Part shown: in pieces, positions 40,829-49,359 of the stretch
How positions within the stretch are numbered: the stretch's first letter is position 1
How the letters are laid out: each line of letters opens with the position of its first letter
NCBI GenBank assembly: GCA_050294405.1
Contig: JBNKOC010000016.1
Span: 1-64,000, forward strand
Origin: Fibrobacteria bacterium
GTDB lineage: Bacteria > Fibrobacterota > Fibrobacteria > UBA11236 > JADFYW01
DNA length: 64,000 nt
Reading direction: 5' to 3'
Program-made: the position numbers and the translations under genes
Notes under the pieces: generated by a model
What the model was told of the DNA's origin: nothing
Database searches by the model: none
What the model saw: only the letters and a program-made list of their open reading frames with translations

Positions 40829-41710
40829 TTGAGGCTTTCAGCTAAATTGTACACTATAAAGGTTTATATTTTGAAAAAAATTTATAGTTATGACAATTAT
40901 CGCAGGTATTTAAGCGATATGTTTAAAGAGAAAAAGGACAAAGAGGGGTACACCTATAGGGATTTTTCTAAGTCTCTGGGGGTGAACAGCCCATCTTGGC
41001 TTCCTCAGGTCATAAAAGGCGAGCGAAATTTAACACCCCGTTCTACCGAGCGGGTAGCCAATGCATTTCATTTGAGTAAAAGAGAACGCAGTTTTTTTGA
41101 ATATTTGGTGGGCTTTACTCAGGCCAAAGATTCTAAAACCAAAGATGAAATGTACCGTAAAATGCTGGGGCTAAAAAAACAGCTCCGTCTTAATAAGCTG
41201 GAAGAAAACCAGTACCAGCTTTATACGAAATGGTATTTCCCTGTCATACGATCTCTGGTTTCAAAAATCGATTTTGGAAACGATTATAAATTGCTGGGAA
41301 ATGCAGTTAACCCTAAAATTTCGGCACTAGAAGCCAAACAAGCGGTAAAACTTCTGGAAAAATCCGGGTTTATTAAAAAAGACCCAAGTGGTCGTTGGGC
41401 CCAGGTTACCAACATGTTGAGTACGGGTGATGAAGTGGATTCTTTGAATGTTATAAACTTTCACAAATCCATGTCTAAAATCGCCATTGAGGCCTTTGAT
41501 AATACTCCAAAAATAGAGCGGGATATATCTTCTCTTACCATTGGCATTAACCGAAAAGATTTTAACCTCATTAAAACAGAACTTCAGGAATTTCGCAAAA
41601 AAATTCTCTCCATTGCTCAAAGCTCTGAGCCTGCAGATTCTGTTTACCAGGTAAACCTCCAACTATTTCCCCTCACAAAAAACCAATACAAGGCAGGTGG
41701 GGATGTTTAG
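40829..41710 (+). CDS. TIGR02147/DUF4423 family protein (HTH-like N-terminus); likely start TTG 40871
   Basis: IYSYDNYRRYL, YTYRDFS...GVNSPSW...GERNLT, KWYFPVIRSL, ERDISSLTIG, VYQVNLQLFPL. Confidence 0.9.
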   Translation: MRLSAKLYTIKVYILKKIYSYDNYRRYLSDMFKEKKDKEGYTYRDFSKSLGVNSPSWLPQVIKGERNLTPRSTERVANAFHLSKRERSFFEYLVGFTQAKDSKTKDEMYRKMLGLKKQLRLNKLEENQYQLYTKWYFPVIRSLVSKIDFGNDYKLLGNAVNPKISALEAKQAVKLLEKSGFIKKDPSGRWAQVTNMLSTGDEVDSLNVINFHKSMSKIAIEAFDNTPKIERDISSLTIGINRKDFNLIKTELQEFRKKILSIAQSSEPADSVYQVNLQLFPLTKNQYKAGGDV

Positions 41711-43430
41711 ACTATTATTTCTGGCCTCGGTGGTTTTATATGCAACCGGATGTTCCCGTTTTGATCAGGTAACCGGAGATGGCCTCGAAACGGGTAATGC
41801 ATTTTCCGGAATGGTTATTGACGAAACGGGCAATGCTGTTTCCGGGGCCCAGGTAAAACTATATCCATCAGATTACGATCCAGAAACAGGCCCAGAATTA
41901 AAGGATGATTGGATTGATGTCACGAACTCCAGGGGGGAATACAATCTATACAGCATACCCAAAGGTTCCTATACCATTGTTGCCAGCAGTTCTGAAGGCG
42001 AATTTCTGGGAATTATGCAGGATGTGGGTATTAATCCCGCTGACTCTAATATTTATCGGGAATACCGAATTCCCACAGTGAAGTTACAAAAACCCGCCAA
42101 CTTAACGGTTCTTTTCGATGGGTTGGTTAAAGAACCGGGCGGGTACCTTTATTTTCCCGGCACCCAATTGAGCAAATACATTGGCCAAAGCGATGTAGAG
42201 GCCAATCAACTTTCCTGGAATCGTTTGCCTCCCGGAAGGTTTAGAGAAATTTTCTATAAAAACACTTCTCTTCCAGAAGTAAACATTTTGCAAAACGCCA
42301 TTAATCTGGAACCCGCCGAAGCCAGCAAAGTTCTTAGCCACGGAGCCTGGACCTATCGTCAAAAAATTTACATCAATACTACCGCTACCGGAGCGGGAAC
42401 AAGTCAAAGTTTGCTCAGGCAAAACTTGACGCTTATTTTGGATGCCAACAATTTTGATTTTTCCACTGCCCGTTCCCAGGGGGAGGACATTCGCCTGCTA
42501 AATTCCAAAGGAGATAACTTGCCTTTTGAAATTTCCAGTTGGGATAACCAAAGCGCCTTTGCTCAATTGGATTTGGTTTTGGATACCCTATATCCTGATT
42601 TACAAAACCAATACATAGAAATAATCTGGGGTAATCCCATATGTAATAGTTATGTAGTTGGAAGCAGTTTGTTTGCCTCCAATAGCGGTTTTCTCGGAGT
42701 GTATTCTTTTGAGCAAGCTTCCTATCTCGACTCAGCCTATTCAGACAGGTCTGGAAATTCGCTGAATCTATATACATTGGGCGCGTCCCCAATGGAGCTT
42801 GTTTCAGCAGGTATTTATGGAGATGGAATAAGTTTAAATGGCATAGATCAGGCCCTTTACACTAAACAATCTTATAAAAACCCCAACACCTTTACCCTTT
42901 CCAGTTGGATTAAAACTACCACTGGGAATGGAGGAAAAATTATCGGATTTGGATCTGAGCCAACTGGCCTTAGTCAATTTTACGACAGGCAGATCTGGAT
43001 GGATAGTCTTGGCCATATACACTTTGGGGTATTTCCTCTGGCTCCTGCCAATTTAAGCGGCGAGGATTCCAGCTATCTTGCAGGTACTAACATCCGCCGG
43101 ATAGTCAGTTATAATAATCCACTTAATGATGGAAAGTGGCATTTTGTAGCTGCTGTGTTGTCGTCACAAGGAATGGAGCTGTATGTAGACGGAAAAATGG
43201 TAGCTTCCAGAGAGGATGTGAGTTCGGGCCAAAACTATACGGGTTATTGGCGAGTGGGTTGGGATGAAATGGACACTTGGGAATACATCGGTGAGAACAG
43301 TTATTTTGAAGGCCAGCTGGACGAAATTCAAATATCCCTGGAAAAAAGGGAGGAGAGCTGGATAAAAACCCAATATGTGAATTATGTGAATAATGAGTCT
43401 CTTTTCAGTTTTTCGAATGTAGAGGAATAA
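41697..43430 (+). CDS. Lipoprotein: carboxypeptidase-regulatory-like + DUF2341 + LamG domains; likely start ATG 41703
   Basis: Lipobox ATG-C then GLETGN; NFDFSTARSQGEDIR...LPFEISSWD...WGNP (DUF2341); FTLSSWIKT, NDGKWHFVA, LYVDG, GQLDEIQI (LamG). Confidence 0.85.
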   Translation: MGMFRLLFLASVVLYATGCSRFDQVTGDGLETGNAFSGMVIDETGNAVSGAQVKLYPSDYDPETGPELKDDWIDVTNSRGEYNLYSIPKGSYTIVASSSEGEFLGIMQDVGINPADSNIYREYRIPTVKLQKPANLTVLFDGLVKEPGGYLYFPGTQLSKYIGQSDVEANQLSWNRLPPGRFREIFYKNTSLPEVNILQNAINLEPAEASKVLSHGAWTYRQKIYINTTATGAGTSQSLLRQNLTLILDANNFDFSTARSQGEDIRLLNSKGDNLPFEISSWDNQSAFAQLDLVLDTLYPDLQNQYIEIIWGNPICNSYVVGSSLFASNSGFLGVYSFEQASYLDSAYSDRSGNSLNLYTLGASPMELVSAGIYGDGISLNGIDQALYTKQSYKNPNTFTLSSWIKTTTGNGGKIIGFGSEPTGLSQFYDRQIWMDSLGHIHFGVFPLAPANLSGEDSSYLAGTNIRRIVSYNNPLNDGKWHFVAAVLSSQGMELYVDGKMVASREDVSSGQNYTGYWRVGWDEMDTWEYIGENSYFEGQLDEIQISLEKREESWIKTQYVNYVNNESLFSFSNVEE

Positions 43431-43479
43431 GTAATAGAAAGAATGTTGCTGTTTAACATTCAAGTTTTCGGGAGGTAAA

Positions 43480-45372
43480 ATGAAATTTGGAACCCTTAAA
43501 TCAGTTGTTATGGGGGCTGTGTTAGCCCAATTACCTGCTTTTGCTGTTGAAGACCACGAGTTGGAGTTGCATCCCGACTACAATTTGCAAACCATTCGCC
43601 CCAACCAACCCAATCGTGATCGAAATGGAAATACCGTGAATGTATGGGGAGCCGAAAACGGGGAATTTTCCGCTCCTGTGGTAGGCATGGATTGGTTTGA
43701 TGAAGACCATACTCAACTTTTAGTTCAATCCTGGAGAGGAGATACGGGGCCATATAGCAATGGACTTACCGGAAACCATGCCCGCAATGGACGACTTTGG
43801 CTTTTGAGCAATATTCGCAGTAACAACCGTTCTGAAATTACTGGAGAATTGATTGCAGATGATTTTAAAGACGCCCATGGCGTGAAGGTGGTGGATGGGG
43901 AAATTTATGTTAGCGATATAGATGCGCTTTATAAATTAGAGGACAATAACAACGACGGTTTTTACGAAACAAAAGTGAAAATTGGCGATATCCCCTCCTA
44001 TGACGGATGGTTTGAATACACCTTTGGCCTGGTTTACAAAGAGGAAAAATTCTGGATAGCCTTGGCTAGCCATGTGCAGATATCTGGAAATCCGGCAGTG
44101 GCTCTTGGCCCGGATAGGGGAGTGGTTATTGCCATGGATATGAACGGCAACTACGAAGTATATTGCTCGGGATTACGGGCGCCAAACGGCATAGCCTTAA
44201 ACGACAAGGACGAAATTTTTGTTACAGACAATCAGGGCGGGTATCGACCTTCCTCCATGTTAATTCATGTGCAGCAAGGCAAAAACTACGGATATAAAAA
44301 TGAAAACGATAATTTCAGAACCCGTTATGCAGACCAACCCGTTACTCCTCCTTCAGTATGGGCTGTACATGGGCCTATTGCCAATGGTCCCACTGGTCCC
44401 GCCTTTATGCCAACAGGCATTTTTAAAGGCCAATTTTTTGCCGGGGATATCGGAAAGGGCGGTATCAAACGCTATTTTATTGAAGAGGTGGATGGGGAAT
44501 ATCAGGGAGCCATTTTCCCTTTTACCGGGGCCATGGAAGTAGGGATAGACCGGATAATAATCGATGATGACGGCACCATTTTTGCCGGTGGTGTGGGGAA
44601 TGGTTCAGATAGAAATCAGGGCTGGCTCGGTACCCGGCAGGGCTTACAACGCCTGGACAGAAAAGACAAAGAACCCAGCTTTGAAGTTTTGGCTGTGCGT
44701 TCCCGCGCTAATGGGATGGAGTTGGAGTTCACCCAGCCTGTAGGAAATAACGCCGAGCAACTTTCCCAATACTCAGGGGAAAGGTATCAAATGATTCCCG
44801 ATACGGACAGGTACACTAGCTATGGAGCGGGAAATATGTTAAACGGTGTGGATTTAAATATCCGTGATGTGCAAGTTTCGGAAGACAGAAAAAAAGTTTT
44901 TTTGGAGATAGACAACCTGGCTGAAGGATGGGTGGTTGAAATTGATTTGAACAACAATTACCAATCTCAATCAGGGCAAGGAGCCTGGTTTCACACCGTA
45001 TGGTATACATTACATAACATTAGCCCCACTCCTGCGTTTGATAAGCCCGGTTGTACAGACCCCGATTTTATTGAATTCGATCCTGAAGCAACTTCCGATG
45101 ATGGCAGTTGTGAAACCTTGGGTGTAAGTCAGGTGTTTGTGGACAACTTTCATTACGGTCTTAGCGCTAACAACATGTTAGGATTAAACCTCCCTTTTGA
45201 AGGCCATTATAAGTTGGAATTGATTTCCATAGATGGAAAAGTCCAATTCAAAACTTCTCTGAAGGGAAAAGGCAATCACAATGTTAATTTGAGTCAGTTG
45301 AAACGAGGGGTGTATGGCCTTAAAATTTCCAATGGAGCCATTGTGCATCAGTTGCCAGTAGTTCTTAAGTAG
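43480..45372 (+). CDS. Secreted beta-propeller protein, glucose/sorbosone dehydrogenase-like, paralog of 35014..36801
   Basis: GGAGG RBS; GLRAPNG, FVTDNQGGY, FKGQFFAGD, GEYQGA, GCTDP...FDPEA; tail ISIDGKV...LKRGVYGLKI. Confidence 0.7.
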   Translation: MKFGTLKSVVMGAVLAQLPAFAVEDHELELHPDYNLQTIRPNQPNRDRNGNTVNVWGAENGEFSAPVVGMDWFDEDHTQLLVQSWRGDTGPYSNGLTGNHARNGRLWLLSNIRSNNRSEITGELIADDFKDAHGVKVVDGEIYVSDIDALYKLEDNNNDGFYETKVKIGDIPSYDGWFEYTFGLVYKEEKFWIALASHVQISGNPAVALGPDRGVVIAMDMNGNYEVYCSGLRAPNGIALNDKDEIFVTDNQGGYRPSSMLIHVQQGKNYGYKNENDNFRTRYADQPVTPPSVWAVHGPIANGPTGPAFMPTGIFKGQFFAGDIGKGGIKRYFIEEVDGEYQGAIFPFTGAMEVGIDRIIIDDDGTIFAGGVGNGSDRNQGWLGTRQGLQRLDRKDKEPSFEVLAVRSRANGMELEFTQPVGNNAEQLSQYSGERYQMIPDTDRYTSYGAGNMLNGVDLNIRDVQVSEDRKKVFLEIDNLAEGWVVEIDLNNNYQSQSGQGAWFHTVWYTLHNISPTPAFDKPGCTDPDFIEFDPEATSDDGSCETLGVSQVFVDNFHYGLSANNMLGLNLPFEGHYKLELISIDGKVQFKTSLKGKGNHNVNLSQLKRGVYGLKISNGAIVHQLPVVLK

Positions 45373-45390
45373 CCATTAAATCGAAGCGCT

Positions 45391-45428
45391 AAGAGGAGGC
45401 TTTCACTTGAGAGTCTCCTCTTTTTTTT
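45391..45428 (+). terminator. Rho-independent terminator
   Basis: GAGGAGGCTTTC...GAGAGTCTCCTC stem followed by T8. Confidence 0.8.
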
Positions 45429-45569
45429 GCCTGCATATTGTTTTTGGAAAAGCTGCTAAATTAAAACCAGCCTAAACCAGTAACATCCATCCTTTTTATC
45501 CTCCTGCAAGAAGAACCGGTTCTTAGACACTATTTATAGAAGAATAAATCTAAATGTTTTGAATTAAAA

Positions 45570-47393
45570 TTACTTAATGGCGATAGGGTAATTTTTTATC
45601 TGCCTGCCGTTTTCATTTTCTTCCACCCAGCTTAGGATGTAATTTCCTTGGGGAAAATGGGATTGGCTTAAATCAAAATTCCAATATCCATCAGCATATT
45701 TAACATCACCAATCCAGGCATATTTAGCACCTAATACATTCATGATTTGAGGCATTAAAACTTTGGAACTACTGGAGGCTTTGTATTTAAAACCGTTAGG
45801 CACTGTGATAAAAGGGTTTTCAAAGTTGGCGGCAACTTGGTTTATGCCCACAAAAGGTGCCTGAACAACCAGGTTAATGCGCAATTGGCTGGGGTCCTGA
45901 ACAGGGGCCATGCCGTTTGCATCCAATGAAGCCACTACGGTCTCTTTTTGGGTAAAACCTTCGCCATTCCAAGTGAGGTTTACATCGGCGCCACTTCCCG
46001 TATATTCCTTAGTAATCCCGGAACTCTGTCCGGTAAAGGTAACCGTCCAGTCTACAGAAGATTCAAATTTGGCTGTGATTTGAACATTCCCTGGAAAATA
46101 AACCAGAGAAATGTTGGAAGCCAAAGCTTCGGTTAAAGCTACGCCAGTTTGAACATCGCCCTGCATATCCTCATAAACATTGGGAAACTGGCCGGTAAGT
46201 AAGGCAAACCCTAACATAGCAATACTTTGGTTGTAGTAGAATTTATCGTCTTTTAAGGATTCCTGTCCAAAATGATCTTTGGCTGTACCTGTAATTTGAG
46301 CTATCATCCTACCGCTAATGGCAGTTGTGGCGTACTCGGTATCTTTCGAGCCTAAAATTGCTGTAGCCCACATGGCGACATTATCAAACAAGCCAGCACT
46401 TTCTGTAACCAGATTTCCACTTGCATCATATTTCCCCATTTGTCCCAAAATGGCTGTTTTAGAGCTTGCATTGTATTGGGTGAGAGTTTTCTTGGTGTTT
46501 TTGCAGTATTGCACGGCCCTGGTTTCATTGAACCATATGGCGTCCATGGCGATTCTGTAAGGGGTTCTAATCCCGTCAAAGCCCATATCCAAACCGCCTC
46601 TTCCGCCTTGACCGCCACTGGAAGTAATCCAGTTTGAGGTTTGCCCCTTGTCGTAATGGGGCATCATTTGGAGAACTTGATAGCATTTATCAATAACGGG
46701 GCCAAAGTTTACTTGATTTTGATAGGCATCAAAGACTTTAAGAGCTCCCACTGAAAAATAACTGGGGTTTAGGTTGTTTAAAGCATCTCCGCCCCAGTTG
46801 TCACCGGGAAGTAGATAATCGTTGGAGGTCATATTTTGACGGATGGAAACAATAATTTCCATGGCTCGGGTGCCATAAGCGTTATTTGAAGTCCATAGGC
46901 CTTTTTTCTGCAATTCATCGGCAAATACCATAGCCAAACCAATATCCAAGTCCGCATCAGTGGCAGCGCCTTGTTCGCCGCTAGGCCAGTTCCAAATAAA
47001 ATAGCTTTTGCGCCCATTATCCCACATATATTGAGTGGAGGCCTGGTGGATTCGGTCAAAAGTGGCCTGGTCATTCATTAAAACGGCCAAAAGCAACCCA
47101 TAGCCCTGCCCTTCAGAAACAGCCTCATTTGCACCGATGGTTTGGGCGCTGCTCGGATCCCACCTCATGTGATTTACCAGACCATTGGAATGAATATAAT
47201 GAGACTTCCACCAGTCCCAGGCTTTTTTCATTTCATTAGAGAAACCCGACGGGTTATTTACCAAGTAGGTGTTTACGTCATCTCCGTATAAATCGGAGAA
47301 ATCATACTTATCAGGCCTTAAATAAGGCAGGTTCCATTGTGCCTGAAGGCAAACGAAACTAACGGCAATTAATAATAGCGATATCCTTCCCAT
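45570..47393 (-). CDS. GH8 glycoside hydrolase (endoglucanase-like) with Ig-like and C-terminal sorting domains
   Basis: Signal peptide; AVSEGQGYG, GAATDADLDI, NPSYF and DGIRTPYRIAMD GH8 motifs. Confidence 0.92.
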   Translation of the reverse strand: MGRISLLLIAVSFVCLQAQWNLPYLRPDKYDFSDLYGDDVNTYLVNNPSGFSNEMKKAWDWWKSHYIHSNGLVNHMRWDPSSAQTIGANEAVSEGQGYGLLLAVLMNDQATFDRIHQASTQYMWDNGRKSYFIWNWPSGEQGAATDADLDIGLAMVFADELQKKGLWTSNNAYGTRAMEIIVSIRQNMTSNDYLLPGDNWGGDALNNLNPSYFSVGALKVFDAYQNQVNFGPVIDKCYQVLQMMPHYDKGQTSNWITSSGGQGGRGGLDMGFDGIRTPYRIAMDAIWFNETRAVQYCKNTKKTLTQYNASSKTAILGQMGKYDASGNLVTESAGLFDNVAMWATAILGSKDTEYATTAISGRMIAQITGTAKDHFGQESLKDDKFYYNQSIAMLGFALLTGQFPNVYEDMQGDVQTGVALTEALASNISLVYFPGNVQITAKFESSVDWTVTFTGQSSGITKEYTGSGADVNLTWNGEGFTQKETVVASLDANGMAPVQDPSQLRINLVVQAPFVGINQVAANFENPFITVPNGFKYKASSSSKVLMPQIMNVLGAKYAWIGDVKYADGYWNFDLSQSHFPQGNYILSWVEENENGRQIKNYPIAIK

Positions 47394-47399
47394 GCATTT

Positions 47400-47428
47400 T
47401 TAGTATATGCTTTCTGAGGATGGGTTCA
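47400..47428 (-). promoter_or_regulatory. Putative ECF sigma promoter TGAAC-N19-ACTAA (GH8, probably leaderless)
   Basis: Minus strand TGAAC ccatcctcagaaagcatat ACTAA aaatgc ATG. Confidence 0.65.
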
Positions 47429-47536
47429 GTGAGAACTACGATTTTTTCAAAATAAATAGCGAAAAAGTAAAATTTCTTTGAATTGGCACAAATTCAGCAA
47501 TTTTAGGGCAAATTCTTAAAAAAGTCCATTAATTCC

Positions 47537-47565
47537 TGAACCGGATTGAAAAACCATTCCACTAA
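47537..47565 (+). promoter_or_regulatory. Putative ECF sigma promoter TGAAC-N19-ACTAA
   Basis: TGAAC cggattgaaaaaccattcc ACTAA, 39 nt upstream of ATG 47605; divergent from the GH8 copy. Confidence 0.65.
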
Positions 47566-47604
47566 ATGAGGTAAGTTCACTTTAACACGGTAAGGGTAAA
47601 AACT

Positions 47605-49293
47605 ATGTATTCATGGGAAAAAATCAGCCAAACTAAACTCGGAGTGGTTATTATGGCCGCTTTTCTGCTTATTGCAGGGAATGTGACTGCTCAAGTATCT
47701 GTGCTGGACGATTTCGAAGGCGGCACAAATCAAAATAAATTTTTGGGTTATTGGTATTTCTACACAGATTCAGATGATGGTGGAAATTCCGTTATTAATA
47801 ATGCAGTGGAAAATGGAACAGAATTGGTATTCGAAGGTTCCTATCCCGGTGGTTATAACGGCAGCAATTATGCCGGAGTCATTGATTACGAATTTGGAAC
47901 TATTGAACCCAGCTGCGGTGGTACCTGCACCTATGGTAACATGGTTGGTGCGGGATCAAATTTTGCAGCAGAAGGGGAAACTCTGGATTTATCCACGGCT
48001 ACAAAAATTACCGTGTGGATGAAAGCTTCCGCCCCTATGCAGGTTCGCGTTGAAGTTCCAACCACTGATATTCTGGACTTTGCCTATTACAGAATGACTG
48101 CTGATGTATCTACAGAATGGACTCAAATCACTGTAGATTTTACAGACTTTATTACTTTTGCTCAACCTTCCTGGGGTGACGAAGTAGACTTTAACCCTGC
48201 CGTAGCGGAAAAAATCCAATTTCAAATTTCTGCGGAAGATGAAAACCCCGACGCGGGCGTTCTTTATATTGACGATATTGAAATTCATGGATATGTATGG
48301 GTACCTCCCACAGCTTGTCCTACCATTGGCGCCGCCGGAACTCCTGGTGTGGGCCTCTTGCTTTCCGATATGGAAGGTGAAATTCCTGCTCAAAATGTTT
48401 TGGGACAACACTGGTTTGCCTATAATGATGTGGGCGAACGTGTAGTTGGGCCTGGTGAATTCACAGACGTATTTGGTGGAGTTGTTGTTGACGAATTGGA
48501 TCCCACTGTTATTGATATTCTAATTGAAGGTAATGGATATGGCGCATCCAACGGCGCTTTTATCGACTTCCAACTTGGGCCTACATATTTGGATGGAACT
48601 GAAATAATTCGTCCCTTTGCCGGAGTGGGTGTTCGCACAGGCGATAACCTTGAACTCAACAACTATAATGCGGCAGTAAACGGAGCCACAGGCATTCAGT
48701 TTGATTATATGACATCTGATGATGCCTGGGTTACTTTTGAAGTACATGCTGTTCAGAGTTTTCCTAATCCCGGGATAGTTCATCATTGCCTTATTCCAGG
48801 GTCTGCCGGAACATGGCGCTCCGCATCTGTAGCCTGGGCTGATTTAAAATTGCCCGATTGGGATGAAGTGAAATTAATGCCCGCTGCTCAAAAAGTACTG
48901 AATACAGCTGCCTTAACAAAAATGCAATGGAAATACCAGGGTGAGCCAGGTACAGCTGCTTCAATGTCTTTTGACAATGTTTATTTGTTGGGCGCTGCCG
49001 CTGAACCTATTAGTGTAAAAGACAGAATGCAAAATGCTTCAAGTAATTTGGAAGTTCATTTCAGCCAAGGTCAAATCAACTTTAATTTCTCTGATGCTTC
49101 CATCAGCGATATTGAATTGAAAATCCAGAACATGAAAGGCGAATTGGTAGCTGTTCAAAATGCGGCTAGTGTAAATGCCTTAAGCTCTATGTATGCTGAA
49201 AGTTTTAAAAATGGCGCGTATGTGGCTGTTGCCAGCGCTATGCAAGACGGCAAAAAGGTGGAATTCAAAAAAGTATTCTCCTTAGTGCAATAA
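47605..49293 (+). CDS. Secreted non-catalytic protein with two CBM11/CIA30-like modules and C-terminal sorting domain
   Basis: VLDDFEGG..N...YWYFYTD...FAQPSWG...LYIDDI and LLSDMEG..N..GQHWFAYND...LKLPDW...SFDNVYL; no GH motif seen. Confidence 0.75.
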   Translation: MYSWEKISQTKLGVVIMAAFLLIAGNVTAQVSVLDDFEGGTNQNKFLGYWYFYTDSDDGGNSVINNAVENGTELVFEGSYPGGYNGSNYAGVIDYEFGTIEPSCGGTCTYGNMVGAGSNFAAEGETLDLSTATKITVWMKASAPMQVRVEVPTTDILDFAYYRMTADVSTEWTQITVDFTDFITFAQPSWGDEVDFNPAVAEKIQFQISAEDENPDAGVLYIDDIEIHGYVWVPPTACPTIGAAGTPGVGLLLSDMEGEIPAQNVLGQHWFAYNDVGERVVGPGEFTDVFGGVVVDELDPTVIDILIEGNGYGASNGAFIDFQLGPTYLDGTEIIRPFAGVGVRTGDNLELNNYNAAVNGATGIQFDYMTSDDAWVTFEVHAVQSFPNPGIVHHCLIPGSAGTWRSASVAWADLKLPDWDEVKLMPAAQKVLNTAALTKMQWKYQGEPGTAASMSFDNVYLLGAAAEPISVKDRMQNASSNLEVHFSQGQINFNFSDASISDIELKIQNMKGELVAVQNAASVNALSSMYAESFKNGAYVAVASAMQDGKKVEFKKVFSLVQ

Positions 49294-49306
49294 TTTGATA
49301 ATCGCT

Positions 49307-49342
49307 GCCAATTTCCCCTAAAGGGAAATTGGCTTTTTTTTT
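49307..49342 (+). terminator. Rho-independent terminator
   Basis: GCCAATTTCCC-5 nt-GGGAAATTGGC followed by T9. Confidence 0.85.
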
Positions 49343-49359
49343 AACCAAACAGAAAGCTT

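Noticed and set aside
45511..45524. Perfect 14-bp palindrome AAGAACCGGTTCTT
   Set aside because: Single copy between convergent 3' ends; no function can be supported.
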